A stretch of DNA of 64,000 nt, from the IMG/VR virus record IMGVR_UViG_3300035703_000009, positions 124,001 to 188,000 of that record. One strand, 5' to 3'. This document shows, one piece after another, positions 42,077-51,493 of the stretch. Numbering within the stretch: position 1 is the first letter of the stretch; every line of letters begins with the position of its first letter. The position numbers and the translations under genes are program-made. The notes beneath the pieces are model-generated. The model was not told the DNA's origin. It was given only the letters and a program-made list of their open reading frames with translations, and searched no databases.

Positions 42077-43159
42077 ATGAAAGCATTTTACGCGTATTTT
42101 GGTCTGCTTGACCTACACACAATTGACTCTCCAGGCCATTCACTTTATCAGTTAGGCTTGATGGACTCCATTCGCTTGGAATTTGGAGTCGAAAAATTCG
42201 ATTTCTTTTCTTACTATCCGGAAGACTTACAAGCGGCTGAATTATTGCGCCACGAAAAATATCCAGATAATGCGCTGGGCCACCTTTTTACTGGCTATCG
42301 AGAATCGATGATCGATACGTATGGACTGATGCTGGAAGAATCTCTACTTCGCATCAAAAACAAGGAATACTCTCACGTCTTTCTCAAGGCCAGGTTCAGA
42401 AACATCTCCACTCTTACTAAGAAGTGGAAGGATGCTGCTGCCTTTGAAAAGCTGATTAGCATGGCAATCGATGCCGGCTACTCTGCGGACGAAATAATCA
42501 TCCTAGACACCGACCTTTCCCTGCCTCCATCTTTTTACACAAAATACAGCGACAAAGTCACAGTTAAAATTCCATCAATCGATTTTAAGGGAATCTCAGA
42601 TAGGTTCCTAAATGACTGTGTTGCAATCCACAAAGCCGCAGATTATTCTACTCGTGCCGTTTCTTCAGTGTTTTACGGTAACATCAACACTTCTAATTAT
42701 AAGAGCGGCAACTCTAAGAGCGAGATGCTAAGCGAAGCTCTATGCTATTTCTTTTCGAGAGTCGATTACTTTAGCGACGACTTTACGATAATCGGAAAGA
42801 GCAGCGACTTTGACGAGATCACTACTAGTGGAGTCTCCGGAATCTATCGAAACTCTCGATCTGCAATCTGGCATGCACTAGAGAAAAACCTCATCATGCT
42901 CAATGTGACCAAGGACAAGTACAACGAGAAGAAGTTTATTCCAGCCAGGATATATGAGGCAATGATCTTCGGCATGATTCCAGTCTCATATAAGTTTAAC
43001 TTCCTATGCGAGACATTTTCTTTTAACACTATCGAAGATCTCAATGAGATAGTGCAATACTTAAACGAGTGCGAGCCAGAAGACCTAAAGAAAGCCTACT
43101 TACGATTCGTAAAAGACTATCAAGAATATGTAGACGGCAAACATGAACTGCCGTTCTAA
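42077..43159 (+). CDS. Putative GT-B glycosyltransferase
   Basis: VFYGN and C-terminal ARIYEAMIFGMIP motifs. Confidence 0.5.
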   Translation: MKAFYAYFGLLDLHTIDSPGHSLYQLGLMDSIRLEFGVEKFDFFSYYPEDLQAAELLRHEKYPDNALGHLFTGYRESMIDTYGLMLEESLLRIKNKEYSHVFLKARFRNISTLTKKWKDAAAFEKLISMAIDAGYSADEIIILDTDLSLPPSFYTKYSDKVTVKIPSIDFKGISDRFLNDCVAIHKAADYSTRAVSSVFYGNINTSNYKSGNSKSEMLSEALCYFFSRVDYFSDDFTIIGKSSDFDEITTSGVSGIYRNSRSAIWHALEKNLIMLNVTKDKYNEKKFIPARIYEAMIFGMIPVSYKFNFLCETFSFNTIEDLNEIVQYLNECEPEDLKKAYLRFVKDYQEYVDGKHELPF

Positions 43160-43183
43160 ATAAATAATAAGAAAGGCTAATTA

Positions 43184-45031
43184 ATGCATAGTTTTTCTGA
43201 ATATTTACATCACACTTCTCCTGAACCTCAAATCACTAAGCTATTTGAAACAGCAGGTCCAGTCTTTTCATCTCGCTTGACTCTAGAAAACTTTGACTTT
43301 GAGGTCAATGCAATCAACGAGTTCGAGAATCTACTTCCCAATTCATTTGACTTGCACTTAGACATGATCCTTACTGGAGGGTCTACTCTAGTCTCTCAAT
43401 ACTACCATGATCTCGCTAGTGGCAAAGAAAAAATGTTTGAAAAGATTAGAGAATCGGTTAATTCTTCTGACTTTGAAAAGATTAACGAGTCTCTTAAAAG
43501 CCTACACACCGTGCTTAAGGAAAAATACTCTCATCTCATTGAGCAGGCAGCGATTGACTTTGACAGTAAGTTTGGAGACATAACCAATGATGCAGTAATC
43601 GATGCTGCACTAAAGGGAGCCCCAGAAACCACTGCAGATAAGAGCAAAGTCATATCAATGCTTAAGGACCTATGGAATGGTCTAACTGATGATGGCGATT
43701 GGTTATCAGTCTCTCAACTTTTGCTGGACATAGTTGGAATCTTTGATCCATTTGGGGTCGCAGATGGTATCAACGCGATGATTTACTTTAAGAGAGGAAG
43801 GTGGTTGCTTGGAGCAATATCAGTAGTCTCTGCTCTTATTCCATACGGCGGTGATGCTCTTAAATTACTAAAGCTTGGCAAGACTGGCAAGTATGCCGAA
43901 GAAGTCGTGATGTACACAATCAAAGGCGGTCGTGGAGCTGCTCAAAAGGCACTACAAAGAATTCCAGTAAAAGACCGAGGAGCAGTGATGAAAGCGTTAT
44001 CATATATCGCTCGCGTCCTTCCATCGGCTATGTCAAAAGCCAGTGCAGCAATCTCTTCGTTTTTTGGCAAGTACTTAGCAAGGTATACTAAATGGATTCC
44101 AGGAATGGAAAACTTTTTTAATGGAATCGCAAAAAGATTTTCTGGCTATGCTAAGAAAATGGACGATCTCGTAAAAGACCTCAAGTACGCTCAAGGAACC
44201 CTAATTAAAGCGGCTGATGCTACTGCTGACCTTGCCAAGGCAGCTAAACGTGGTGCTAAGATGGAAATAGACTCAGCTAGCGGGCTAATTCGTCTCTATA
44301 ACGCTGAAGGCAAAGTGATCAGAGAATTTTCAGAAGAATTCCTAAAGAAGTCTAAGTTTTGGAGCACACTCGGCAAAAATCCTATTGTGAGAAACGTGTC
44401 TACTGCTGAGGACCTAGTTAAGTATTATAATGGAATCGCAAAGGTTACTCCATCCCTGTTTTCGTCAGTTGCCAAGATATTTTCAGTTATTCATAAAGGA
44501 GCAGTTGGCAGTTCTAAATTTACGATATTTGTCGGAAAACAGATAATTAAGATGGCAACTGGTCAAACTGCTGAAGAACTTGGAATCCCAGACGAACAGT
44601 CAGAGTTTTACGGTGCTGACTTTTTAAACAATGCAGTACAAAAAAAGATAGATGAAGAAAGAAAAAAAGGCGTAAACTATCCAGCAGTAGTGACCTTTGA
44701 CTCAGCAAACGACGAAGACTATCAAACTATCACTAAGTATCAAAACGATTGGGCGAAAATAGTAGGCGGACCTGAAGTCATCCCAGTCATGTATGATAAA
44801 TTTGGAGACGCTGAGTTAAAACAAGAATTCAATGACTTTTGGAGCAAAGTAGGAAAAGGTGAGATAAAAAGAGATGCCTCAGGCAACTTAATCAAAGGTG
44901 AGCCAGCTCCAGTAAATAAAGTCGTAAAAGAGGTTCCTAATCTACGCTCGACTGACTGGTATCGGGAAGCTTTTCCTCAGGTACCCAATGAATCACGCAT
45001 ACTATCATTCAGTAAATTTATCAACGACTAA
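43184..45031 (+). CDS. Protein with pre-toxin (PT-TG-like) motif, candidate ejected head protein
   Basis: LLDIVGIFDPFGVADGINAMIY...GAISVVSALIPYGGD.LK. Confidence 0.55.
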   Translation: MHSFSEYLHHTSPEPQITKLFETAGPVFSSRLTLENFDFEVNAINEFENLLPNSFDLHLDMILTGGSTLVSQYYHDLASGKEKMFEKIRESVNSSDFEKINESLKSLHTVLKEKYSHLIEQAAIDFDSKFGDITNDAVIDAALKGAPETTADKSKVISMLKDLWNGLTDDGDWLSVSQLLLDIVGIFDPFGVADGINAMIYFKRGRWLLGAISVVSALIPYGGDALKLLKLGKTGKYAEEVVMYTIKGGRGAAQKALQRIPVKDRGAVMKALSYIARVLPSAMSKASAAISSFFGKYLARYTKWIPGMENFFNGIAKRFSGYAKKMDDLVKDLKYAQGTLIKAADATADLAKAAKRGAKMEIDSASGLIRLYNAEGKVIREFSEEFLKKSKFWSTLGKNPIVRNVSTAEDLVKYYNGIAKVTPSLFSSVAKIFSVIHKGAVGSSKFTIFVGKQIIKMATGQTAEELGIPDEQSEFYGADFLNNAVQKKIDEERKKGVNYPAVVTFDSANDEDYQTITKYQNDWAKIVGGPEVIPVMYDKFGDAELKQEFNDFWSKVGKGEIKRDASGNLIKGEPAPVNKVVKEVPNLRSTDWYREAFPQVPNESRILSFSKFIND

Positions 45032-45879
45032 TGAGGCTTAAGAAATTCCTAGAATATACTGACCTGCACTCAAAGGATCCAAAGACCTTTGAGAAAAGAG
45101 TAATATTTGCCTCGCCTGACAAGTATGCTGTCACCATGTTTGAAGAGGTAGACTCAGCTGAAAGCCTTGTCAACTATCCAGATAGACCGATCGTCCTATG
45201 GGGAGGCATGCACCTCAAACCTACCCTAATCAACGAGAATAAAAATCATGTCTTCAATCAAAGGCCGCTACCGACTAGCAAACAGATAGTGCTTGATCTA
45301 GAAGGCTCAGAGTTTTTACCAAAGAGCACCAAGGAAAGAGCAAACGTCCACTCGCTAAAGTTCCCAATAGTTGGCTGGCAAGGAGACGAGCCCATCGACT
45401 TTAGAACATATGGCAAATACAAGAAGTCAGAACAACAGTTCGATCGGTTTAGCGAGAAGGTCACTCCAGTGACCCGATTTGACGTCATAATCTTTAGAGA
45501 AGAACCAATACACTTACAAGAAAGGGTTAACCAGATGGGCTTCGATGTTGACGAGAAGAGGTTCTATCGAATGGATCAAGTAAAGAAGATCGCAAAGTCA
45601 ATCCATGAAAAGTACTCACCGGACTTTTACCAAGCAACACTAATCGATGACAGTCAGAAGTTGTACCTAGAGTCAGTCTCGACATCAGCTAAACTGTCGC
45701 CTTCTCAGCTAACAAAGATGTATGAAAAGGCATATGAAAGTCACTACGAGACTAGACTACCACACTGGTTCAAACAACAACTTTTTGAAAAACACATAAA
45801 ACCATATTACGTTTCTAGGTACTTAGATGCAGCTCTGCTTAAACCTAAGAGCGCGATCGACTTTAAAAAATACACATAA
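45031..45879 (+). CDS. Hypothetical protein (possibly a degenerate ATP-grasp fold)
   Basis: FLPKST...LKFPIVG...FSEK pattern. Confidence 0.4.
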   Translation: MRLKKFLEYTDLHSKDPKTFEKRVIFASPDKYAVTMFEEVDSAESLVNYPDRPIVLWGGMHLKPTLINENKNHVFNQRPLPTSKQIVLDLEGSEFLPKSTKERANVHSLKFPIVGWQGDEPIDFRTYGKYKKSEQQFDRFSEKVTPVTRFDVIIFREEPIHLQERVNQMGFDVDEKRFYRMDQVKKIAKSIHEKYSPDFYQATLIDDSQKLYLESVSTSAKLSPSQLTKMYEKAYESHYETRLPHWFKQQLFEKHIKPYYVSRYLDAALLKPKSAIDFKKYT

Positions 45880-45881
45880 TT

Positions 45882-46073
45882 GTGTTAACAATCAACTGCG
45901 AAAACAAGAAAATAGAAATGGTCCTAAAGGAGTATCGCAAGCGCATGGAAGCAAGCGGCACACACAAAGAGATGATAAAACGTAAGACCTTTACTAAACC
46001 TTCTGAAAAGAGGAGAGCGCAAATATTATCCGCAAAATATAGAGCAAAGCATGTTAATCAAGAAGTTCAGTGA
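45882..46073 (+). CDS. rpsU: Phage-encoded 30S ribosomal protein bS21
   Basis: IE..LKEYRKR......KE...RKTFTKPSEKRR motif; 63 aa, basic. Confidence 0.85.
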   Translation: MLTINCENKKIEMVLKEYRKRMEASGTHKEMIKRKTFTKPSEKRRAQILSAKYRAKHVNQEVQ

Positions 46074-46542
46074 TTTCGTTAACGAATCCGAAGACCTTAG
46101 TAACCTTGCTGCAGGAGTAGCGATCGTTTGGAACAACAAGATCTTACTTGTGCACCCGACTGGTGCCTCCTGGAAAAGAGGCACATGTGGAATCCCAAAG
46201 GGTAGCATGAAAGAGGATGAGGATCCAGTAGAGAGCGCCATTCGTGAGCTTGCTGAGGAGACCGGAATCTCCCTGACCCCAGATCAACTCGAAAAGTCTC
46301 CATATATCGTCGAGATCTACAGCAAACGCCGACACACCACTCGACTGCTCACCTACTTTTTATGCAAGATCGAAGACCTTTCGCAGATAGGCCTCGCTTC
46401 AGAGAAGATACCTAAAGATCAATTACAATTGGAAGAGGTGGACTGGGCAAAATTCGTCTCTGCCGAGGAAGCATATCCACTAGTCACTCAAGCCCAACTA
46501 ATCATCTTGGACAGACATCTTACCCTTAGCTCAAATAAATAA
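46051..46542 (+). CDS. Nudix hydrolase
   Basis: PKGSMKEDEDPVESAIRELAEETG Nudix box. Confidence 0.9.
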   Translation: MLIKKFSDFVNESEDLSNLAAGVAIVWNNKILLVHPTGASWKRGTCGIPKGSMKEDEDPVESAIRELAEETGISLTPDQLEKSPYIVEIYSKRRHTTRLLTYFLCKIEDLSQIGLASEKIPKDQLQLEEVDWAKFVSAEEAYPLVTQAQLIILDRHLTLSSNK

Positions 46543-46557
46543 CTAAAAGAAGCTAGG

Positions 46558-47823
46558 ATGAGCTATTTACTATCATATCAAAATTGGGCAAAATTAAACG
46601 AACAGAAGGATATTTCGCAGCTTTCCAATCATGAACAACGGTTAGTAAACAGGTTCATTAGAAAAATAGAAAACGACGACTCAATCTCGGATCTAATCGA
46701 TAGAAAGGACGAGCTGCCTACCGTCGATCCTACTGAGCTTGAAAAACTAGCTCAAAATCTTAGCATCGATGCTAACACCCTAAACGACTGGATAGCCGGT
46801 CGACGTGATGACTCAGAGTTTATCAGATCGATCGCTCAAAACCTACTCCAACAAGGATCTTCTAGGCAAGGTCTCAAACAAGCACTAAAATCAGCTGATC
46901 CAGTCACACAGCTTGCCGACATTGCTGCTGGCCAGAAAATGCTTAAGCTCGGCTCTACTGGAGAAGACGTAAGGACGATACAGCAAAAGCTATATGATCT
47001 AGGTTTCATGGACTCTGAGCCTACTGGTTCGTTTGACAACGAGACCGATGCTGCCGTTCGTGAATTTCAAAAATCCAAAGACATTGGAGTCGACGGAATA
47101 GTCGGACCCATCACCTACTCTCAGCTCTATGGCATCAAATTAAAGCCAATAGTCGACCTTAGCGGTTCAGACTATGAGTCAATCGTCAAGTCGGTGATCG
47201 ATAACTTAGAGGGAGGGTATTATCACCCTAACATGAGGCAAAAAGATCCAGGTAAGTTCTCAGCATATGGACGATCTGGCGAGACCTTGTTCGGCCTCGA
47301 TCGCTTTGCTGGACATGGTCTTTTTTATTCCACTCCAAGGATAGGTAAGGATCCAGTAAGTGACCTTGAGAACATTGAAAGCGATAAGTACCAATATAAG
47401 TCTAATGACGCAAAGGAGTTTTGGGAAACCATTGATTCAGCTAACGCAAAAGATAGCTGGCCTTGGAACTATCGCGGAGGTCAATATGAAAACAAGTTAG
47501 AAGAGTTGGCAGGTAAGATCATGCGTCCTGAGTTTGAGTCATTATTCGGTCAATACCTTTCTCGTCCAGCACAAGAGATCGTGAAACACGACCCTCGGCT
47601 AATGTATCACTTCGTGTATGCTGCATGGAACGGCTCAGGTTGGTTTAAAAAATTCGCTCGGGACGTCAGCACAGCCGTGTCAAATGGAACAACTGATCCT
47701 GCGATATTAGCGAAGATTGCAATAGACTCTAGAACAAAGGAGGGGCTATCTGACGGATCTGCTCCAAACCAGTTAATCGCTCAAGGCGGTAAAAAGATTG
47801 AAAAAATGTTTGGCATGGCGTAA
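46558..47823 (+). CDS. Peptidoglycan-binding domain plus GH108-like muramidase
   Basis: LKLGSTGEDVRTIQQKL...AVREFQ...VDGIVGPIT; LEGGY...GETLFG. Confidence 0.7.
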   Translation: MSYLLSYQNWAKLNEQKDISQLSNHEQRLVNRFIRKIENDDSISDLIDRKDELPTVDPTELEKLAQNLSIDANTLNDWIAGRRDDSEFIRSIAQNLLQQGSSRQGLKQALKSADPVTQLADIAAGQKMLKLGSTGEDVRTIQQKLYDLGFMDSEPTGSFDNETDAAVREFQKSKDIGVDGIVGPITYSQLYGIKLKPIVDLSGSDYESIVKSVIDNLEGGYYHPNMRQKDPGKFSAYGRSGETLFGLDRFAGHGLFYSTPRIGKDPVSDLENIESDKYQYKSNDAKEFWETIDSANAKDSWPWNYRGGQYENKLEELAGKIMRPEFESLFGQYLSRPAQEIVKHDPRLMYHFVYAAWNGSGWFKKFARDVSTAVSNGTTDPAILAKIAIDSRTKEGLSDGSAPNQLIAQGGKKIEKMFGMA

Positions 47824-47865
47824 ACCTTGACCTTCTTCCTAGTAAAAAAGCATAAACATTTACAA

Positions 47866-48360
47866 ATGGAAGAAATTACTATCGTAGAAGAAACTACCCC
47901 GCAAACTGAACCTCTAGAGCCTCAGGCTGAAACTCAATCACCAGAACAACCCAAGACCAAAAAAGAGATTCTTAGCGATCTTTTGACCAGTCGCACTGGA
48001 ACATTTGACTTAAAGATCACCCATGCTGACCTAAAGTATCTCAAGAACACGATGCAGTCAAAAGTTGAATGGAAGGGCCCAAACGAGGCATATCTCACAA
48101 TAATGACCATTCTAACCCTGTCGAATGCGTTAGATGAAATGAATCCAAAGGCGACAGAAGCAGTCACTGTCAAGTTACCTTCGTCCACGTTTGAGTCGTT
48201 AAACTACTTCCTAAATAAGATAAGCGGCACTGGTCTCGACTCTGCGCAACGTCTTTTTTCTGCCACCATGATCCTGCGTCCTACTATCGAAGCAATCAAA
48301 AAGCTTGATGCCGAGATTGACACACTTAAAGAGGAGCTAAAAACTGAGGAAAAATCTTAA
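47866..48360 (+). CDS. Hypothetical protein
   Basis: Likely ATG at 47866 downstream of an AAACC-N15-GTAAAAA motif. Confidence 0.6.
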   Translation: MEEITIVEETTPQTEPLEPQAETQSPEQPKTKKEILSDLLTSRTGTFDLKITHADLKYLKNTMQSKVEWKGPNEAYLTIMTILTLSNALDEMNPKATEAVTVKLPSSTFESLNYFLNKISGTGLDSAQRLFSATMILRPTIEAIKKLDAEIDTLKEELKTEEKS

Positions 48361-48393
48361 GAGTTTAGATAAATAATAAAAAATTAAACGAAA

Positions 48394-48831
48394 ATGAAAG
48401 TTCAAAATTTTGCAGGCTTCATGAAAACTCGTGCAACCGGAAAAGTTAACGAAGAGGATAACTTTCCAGCATTCGATAATATGACTAGCGAAACAATGTA
48501 TGGTGGAACACCTAACGGTTTTGCAAACGAATATGATGCCGACCGAAACGCAGTAGACTTTGGAGCTAATCCAGAGGAAGAAGAAACACCGGAACTTGAT
48601 GAGACTCCAGAAGGAGAGGAAGGAGCTGAAGGTGAAGATGAGCAAGAGGAAGTGACTCTTGAAGACCTAAAAGCCATGATCGATGAGCTAACCGAAAGAG
48701 TTGAAAAACTTGAAGGAGGTGGTGAAGAGGAAGAAGGCGAAGAGGGAGCTGAAGGAGAAGGCGAAGAGGGAGCTGAAGGAGAAGCTGCAGAGGGAGAAGA
48801 AGGAGCCGAAGGCGAAGAAGCTGCAAAGTAA
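48394..48831 (+). CDS. Highly acidic protein with EGEEGA repeats
   Basis: Glu/Gly-rich tandem repeats; flanked by a late motif and a terminator. Confidence 0.7.
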   Translation: MKVQNFAGFMKTRATGKVNEEDNFPAFDNMTSETMYGGTPNGFANEYDADRNAVDFGANPEEEETPELDETPEGEEGAEGEDEQEEVTLEDLKAMIDELTERVEKLEGGGEEEEGEEGAEGEGEEGAEGEAAEGEEGAEGEEAAK

Positions 48832-48850
48832 TAAGATCCTATAGAAAATT

Positions 48851-48890
48851 TAAAATGGGCGGACGTTAATCGACTGCCCATTTTTATTTT
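48851..48890 (+). terminator. Intrinsic terminator
   Basis: AAAATGGGCGG...CTGCCCATTTT followed by a T-rich tail. Confidence 0.7.
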
Positions 48891-48904
48891 AATAAATAAT
48901 CAAT

Positions 48905-49342
48905 ATGAGTCACACACAATCTCCCAAACACCTGCCCTTATTTGAGGCATTCTGTAAAAAGGTGCAAATGGACGAGCTGCCAGTCGAAGCCAAGATCGGT
49001 GGAGTCCCGCTCAATCTAAAGGCTCTGACTACTCCTGCTAGCCAAGCAAAAGGTTACATGGGAGCAGAGAATGAACCTACTGAAAGTGAGGGTCTGCTTT
49101 TCGTTTACGACAAACCCATGCCTCTCAACTTTTGGATGAAGAACGTCAAGTTTCCGCTCGACATCATTTTTTTTGACTCAGATCGTAAGTACACCGGCCA
49201 CCAGACGATGGCTCCACACGCAGGAGAAGCCGATCATGTGCTGCCTAGATACTCCAGTAAAAAGCCAGCTCAATTCGCAGTTGAAGTATGCAAAGGGTGG
49301 TGTGATAAACACCTCAAAGATGGAGCTACACTAAACTTTTAA
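48905..49342 (+). CDS. DUF192-family protein
   Basis: GLLFVY...FWMKNVKFPLDIIFFD. Confidence 0.8.
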   Translation: MSHTQSPKHLPLFEAFCKKVQMDELPVEAKIGGVPLNLKALTTPASQAKGYMGAENEPTESEGLLFVYDKPMPLNFWMKNVKFPLDIIFFDSDRKYTGHQTMAPHAGEADHVLPRYSSKKPAQFAVEVCKGWCDKHLKDGATLNF

Positions 49343-49372
49343 GCTAAGATATTTTTTTGTATAATAGCTATA

Positions 49373-49819
49373 ATGCTGGATCCAACTGAAAAAAACGAAA
49401 AATTAATGCCTCTATATCCTGGGCTCTTGCCTTATGGACACACAGTTGGCGCACCAGCATTTAAGCCCACTGAAATGGGAGTGATCGTAAGCAAGTCGGT
49501 ACAGGCCATGAATGAGCAGCTAGAGATTCAAAAAGAACAGATCATACAACAACTTGAATTACTTAAGAAACAGTATGCTGATCTAGAGGAGAGACGAATC
49601 ATTTCAAACCTAATATATTCAGCTGAAATTAAATTTAAACCTGATCCAGGCCACAATTATTATCTTTATGCTAGAGAAGACACTTCTGTTTTTCTTACGC
49701 TAATCGCTCCCACCGAGTGGAATAGATCTAATGTTAAATACCTTGCAACCGTTAAGCAACTACATGATCTGACTTGGCAAGTAACACATAGATCTAATGA
49801 ATTTGAAACTAAACGCTAA
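49373..49819 (+). CDS. DUF2452-like protein
   Basis: LLPY..VGAPAF.P and A...FKP..G..YYLY patterns. Confidence 0.6.
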   Translation: MLDPTEKNEKLMPLYPGLLPYGHTVGAPAFKPTEMGVIVSKSVQAMNEQLEIQKEQIIQQLELLKKQYADLEERRIISNLIYSAEIKFKPDPGHNYYLYAREDTSVFLTLIAPTEWNRSNVKYLATVKQLHDLTWQVTHRSNEFETKR

Positions 49820-49823
49820 TAAT

Positions 49824-51104
49824 ATGTTAAACGATTTTGTAAGTCTAAGAGAGTTTGTCACCTTGATGAATGAGTCAAACTCCACCAATCATAAAGTCGA
49901 AGTGCTGACTCGGTATAAGGATCATCAGTTCATTCGACAGGTCTTACTTTATACATATCATCCCTACAAACAATTTGGAGTCTCGGCTGATAACTTAAAG
50001 AAGCGCCGCGAGCTTATCGCCCCATCTAATCTATATCCTAACCTTTTTCAACTGCTCGACGATCTTAACGATCGAAACATTACTGGCCACCATGCAATTG
50101 AGGCGACCAACACATTCATCCGTGAGTGGCAGGAATATGCTGATCTTATTTTTCAAGTAATCGACCGAAATCTTGAGACCAGGGCGACTACCGCAATAAT
50201 CAATCGCGTGATGCCCGGACTCATTCCTACATTTAGCGTCGCACTGGCTCACGACATCAATAAAGTAAAGAAGATCGACCTGTTCGACGGTACGTGGTAT
50301 GTTTCTCGCAAGCTCGATGGAGTAAGGTGCATTGCAATCGTACGAAATGGAGCAGTTCAATTCTTCTCCAGAAATGGCAAGCCCTTTGAAACACTAGCCA
50401 ATGTAGAGAAGGAAATCGCGCGCCTGGGGATCGATGACTGTGTATTAGATGGAGAAATATGCCTCATGAAAGAAGACGGATCTGATGACTTCCAGGGAAT
50501 CCTGAAGGAGATTCAGCGTAAAGACCATACTATTCAAAACCCAAAGTTTTGGGTGTTCGACCAATTAAGCCTTAACGAATTCGACTCTTGCGTGGGTCAA
50601 GTACCTCTTTCTGCTCGCTTGAAACGCATGCAATTTGAAGGTGAAGTTATTGAAGCACTACCTCAATACAAAATACTTTCTAAAGAATCGCTGGACTCTC
50701 TAAAAAAACAGTCTAGGGACAAGTGCTGGGAAGGACTGATCGCGAGACGTGATGTTGGATATGAAGGAGACCGTACTAAAAACATGTTGAAGCTAAAGGA
50801 GATGCATGATGCTGAGTACGTGGTCTTAGAGGCAGTCATGGGACCGCAAAGGGTAATAGTTGAGGGTCGCGAGGTAGAGGAGCAGATGCTCAGCGCCGTG
50901 ATTATTGAGCATAAGGGAGGCAGTGTGCAGGTCGGAAGCGGGTTCTCACTAGAGGAAAGACGACGTTACTATCACAACCCTGAAGAAATAGTCGGATGCT
51001 CAATCAACGTACAGTATTTTGAGGAAACTGTCGATCAAGAGGGTAAAAATTCACTGAGATTTCCAGTATTTAAAGCCAATCATGGCAAAACTAGAGAAGT
51101 TTAA
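49824..51104 (+). CDS. lig: ATP-dependent DNA ligase
   Basis: SRKLDGVR (motif I), LDGE, EGLIAR, LKLK and OB-fold VGSGF...LRFPVF. Confidence 0.92.
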   Translation: MLNDFVSLREFVTLMNESNSTNHKVEVLTRYKDHQFIRQVLLYTYHPYKQFGVSADNLKKRRELIAPSNLYPNLFQLLDDLNDRNITGHHAIEATNTFIREWQEYADLIFQVIDRNLETRATTAIINRVMPGLIPTFSVALAHDINKVKKIDLFDGTWYVSRKLDGVRCIAIVRNGAVQFFSRNGKPFETLANVEKEIARLGIDDCVLDGEICLMKEDGSDDFQGILKEIQRKDHTIQNPKFWVFDQLSLNEFDSCVGQVPLSARLKRMQFEGEVIEALPQYKILSKESLDSLKKQSRDKCWEGLIARRDVGYEGDRTKNMLKLKEMHDAEYVVLEAVMGPQRVIVEGREVEEQMLSAVIIEHKGGSVQVGSGFSLEERRRYYHNPEEIVGCSINVQYFEETVDQEGKNSLRFPVFKANHGKTREV

Positions 51105-51120
51105 ATAGTACAACAATACA

Positions 51121-51345
51121 ATGGGATTTAATAAATGGTACGTGCCTGCTTTGCCTGATCTTAAAGAAATGTATGAAGATATGGGACACTCAGAGTTTAT
51201 CAAGCTTGCATATCGTAGGGACGCATTCATTGGACCCACAGATTCAATAGATTTCATTAACCAATTACTTAAAAAAGAACAAGAAAAATGTATTACATCG
51301 CAAAAATCAAATTTGAAACGTTCGACGAAAAGACTGGACGAGTAA
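51121..51345 (+). CDS. Small hypothetical protein
   Basis: 74-aa ORF behind a promoter motif. Confidence 0.45.
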   Translation: MGFNKWYVPALPDLKEMYEDMGHSEFIKLAYRRDAFIGPTDSIDFINQLLKKEQEKCITSQKSNLKRSTKRLDE

Positions 51346-51488
51346 GAAAGACTTACGAACAATACTTAGTGGAAGCCAACTCGGTTTCTGAAGCTGAAGA
51401 AAAACTAAAAGTCAAGTTTAAGGACTCAATCGCAGACTCTGCAGTCGTTTCTGTACAGGAGTCTAAATTCATGGGCGTAATAAAGTAA
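51288..51488 (+). CDS. DUF4494-like protein
   Basis: YIAKIKFE...G..RK.YEQYLVEA.SVSEAE pattern. Confidence 0.6.
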   Translation: MYYIAKIKFETFDEKTGRVRKTYEQYLVEANSVSEAEEKLKVKFKDSIADSAVVSVQESKFMGVIK

Positions 51489-51493
51489 TCTAA

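Noticed and set aside
48402-48881. Ser/Pro-rich minus-strand ORFs here and other short antisense ORFs in the track
   Set aside because: They are reverse-frame artefacts of low-complexity or long sense genes.
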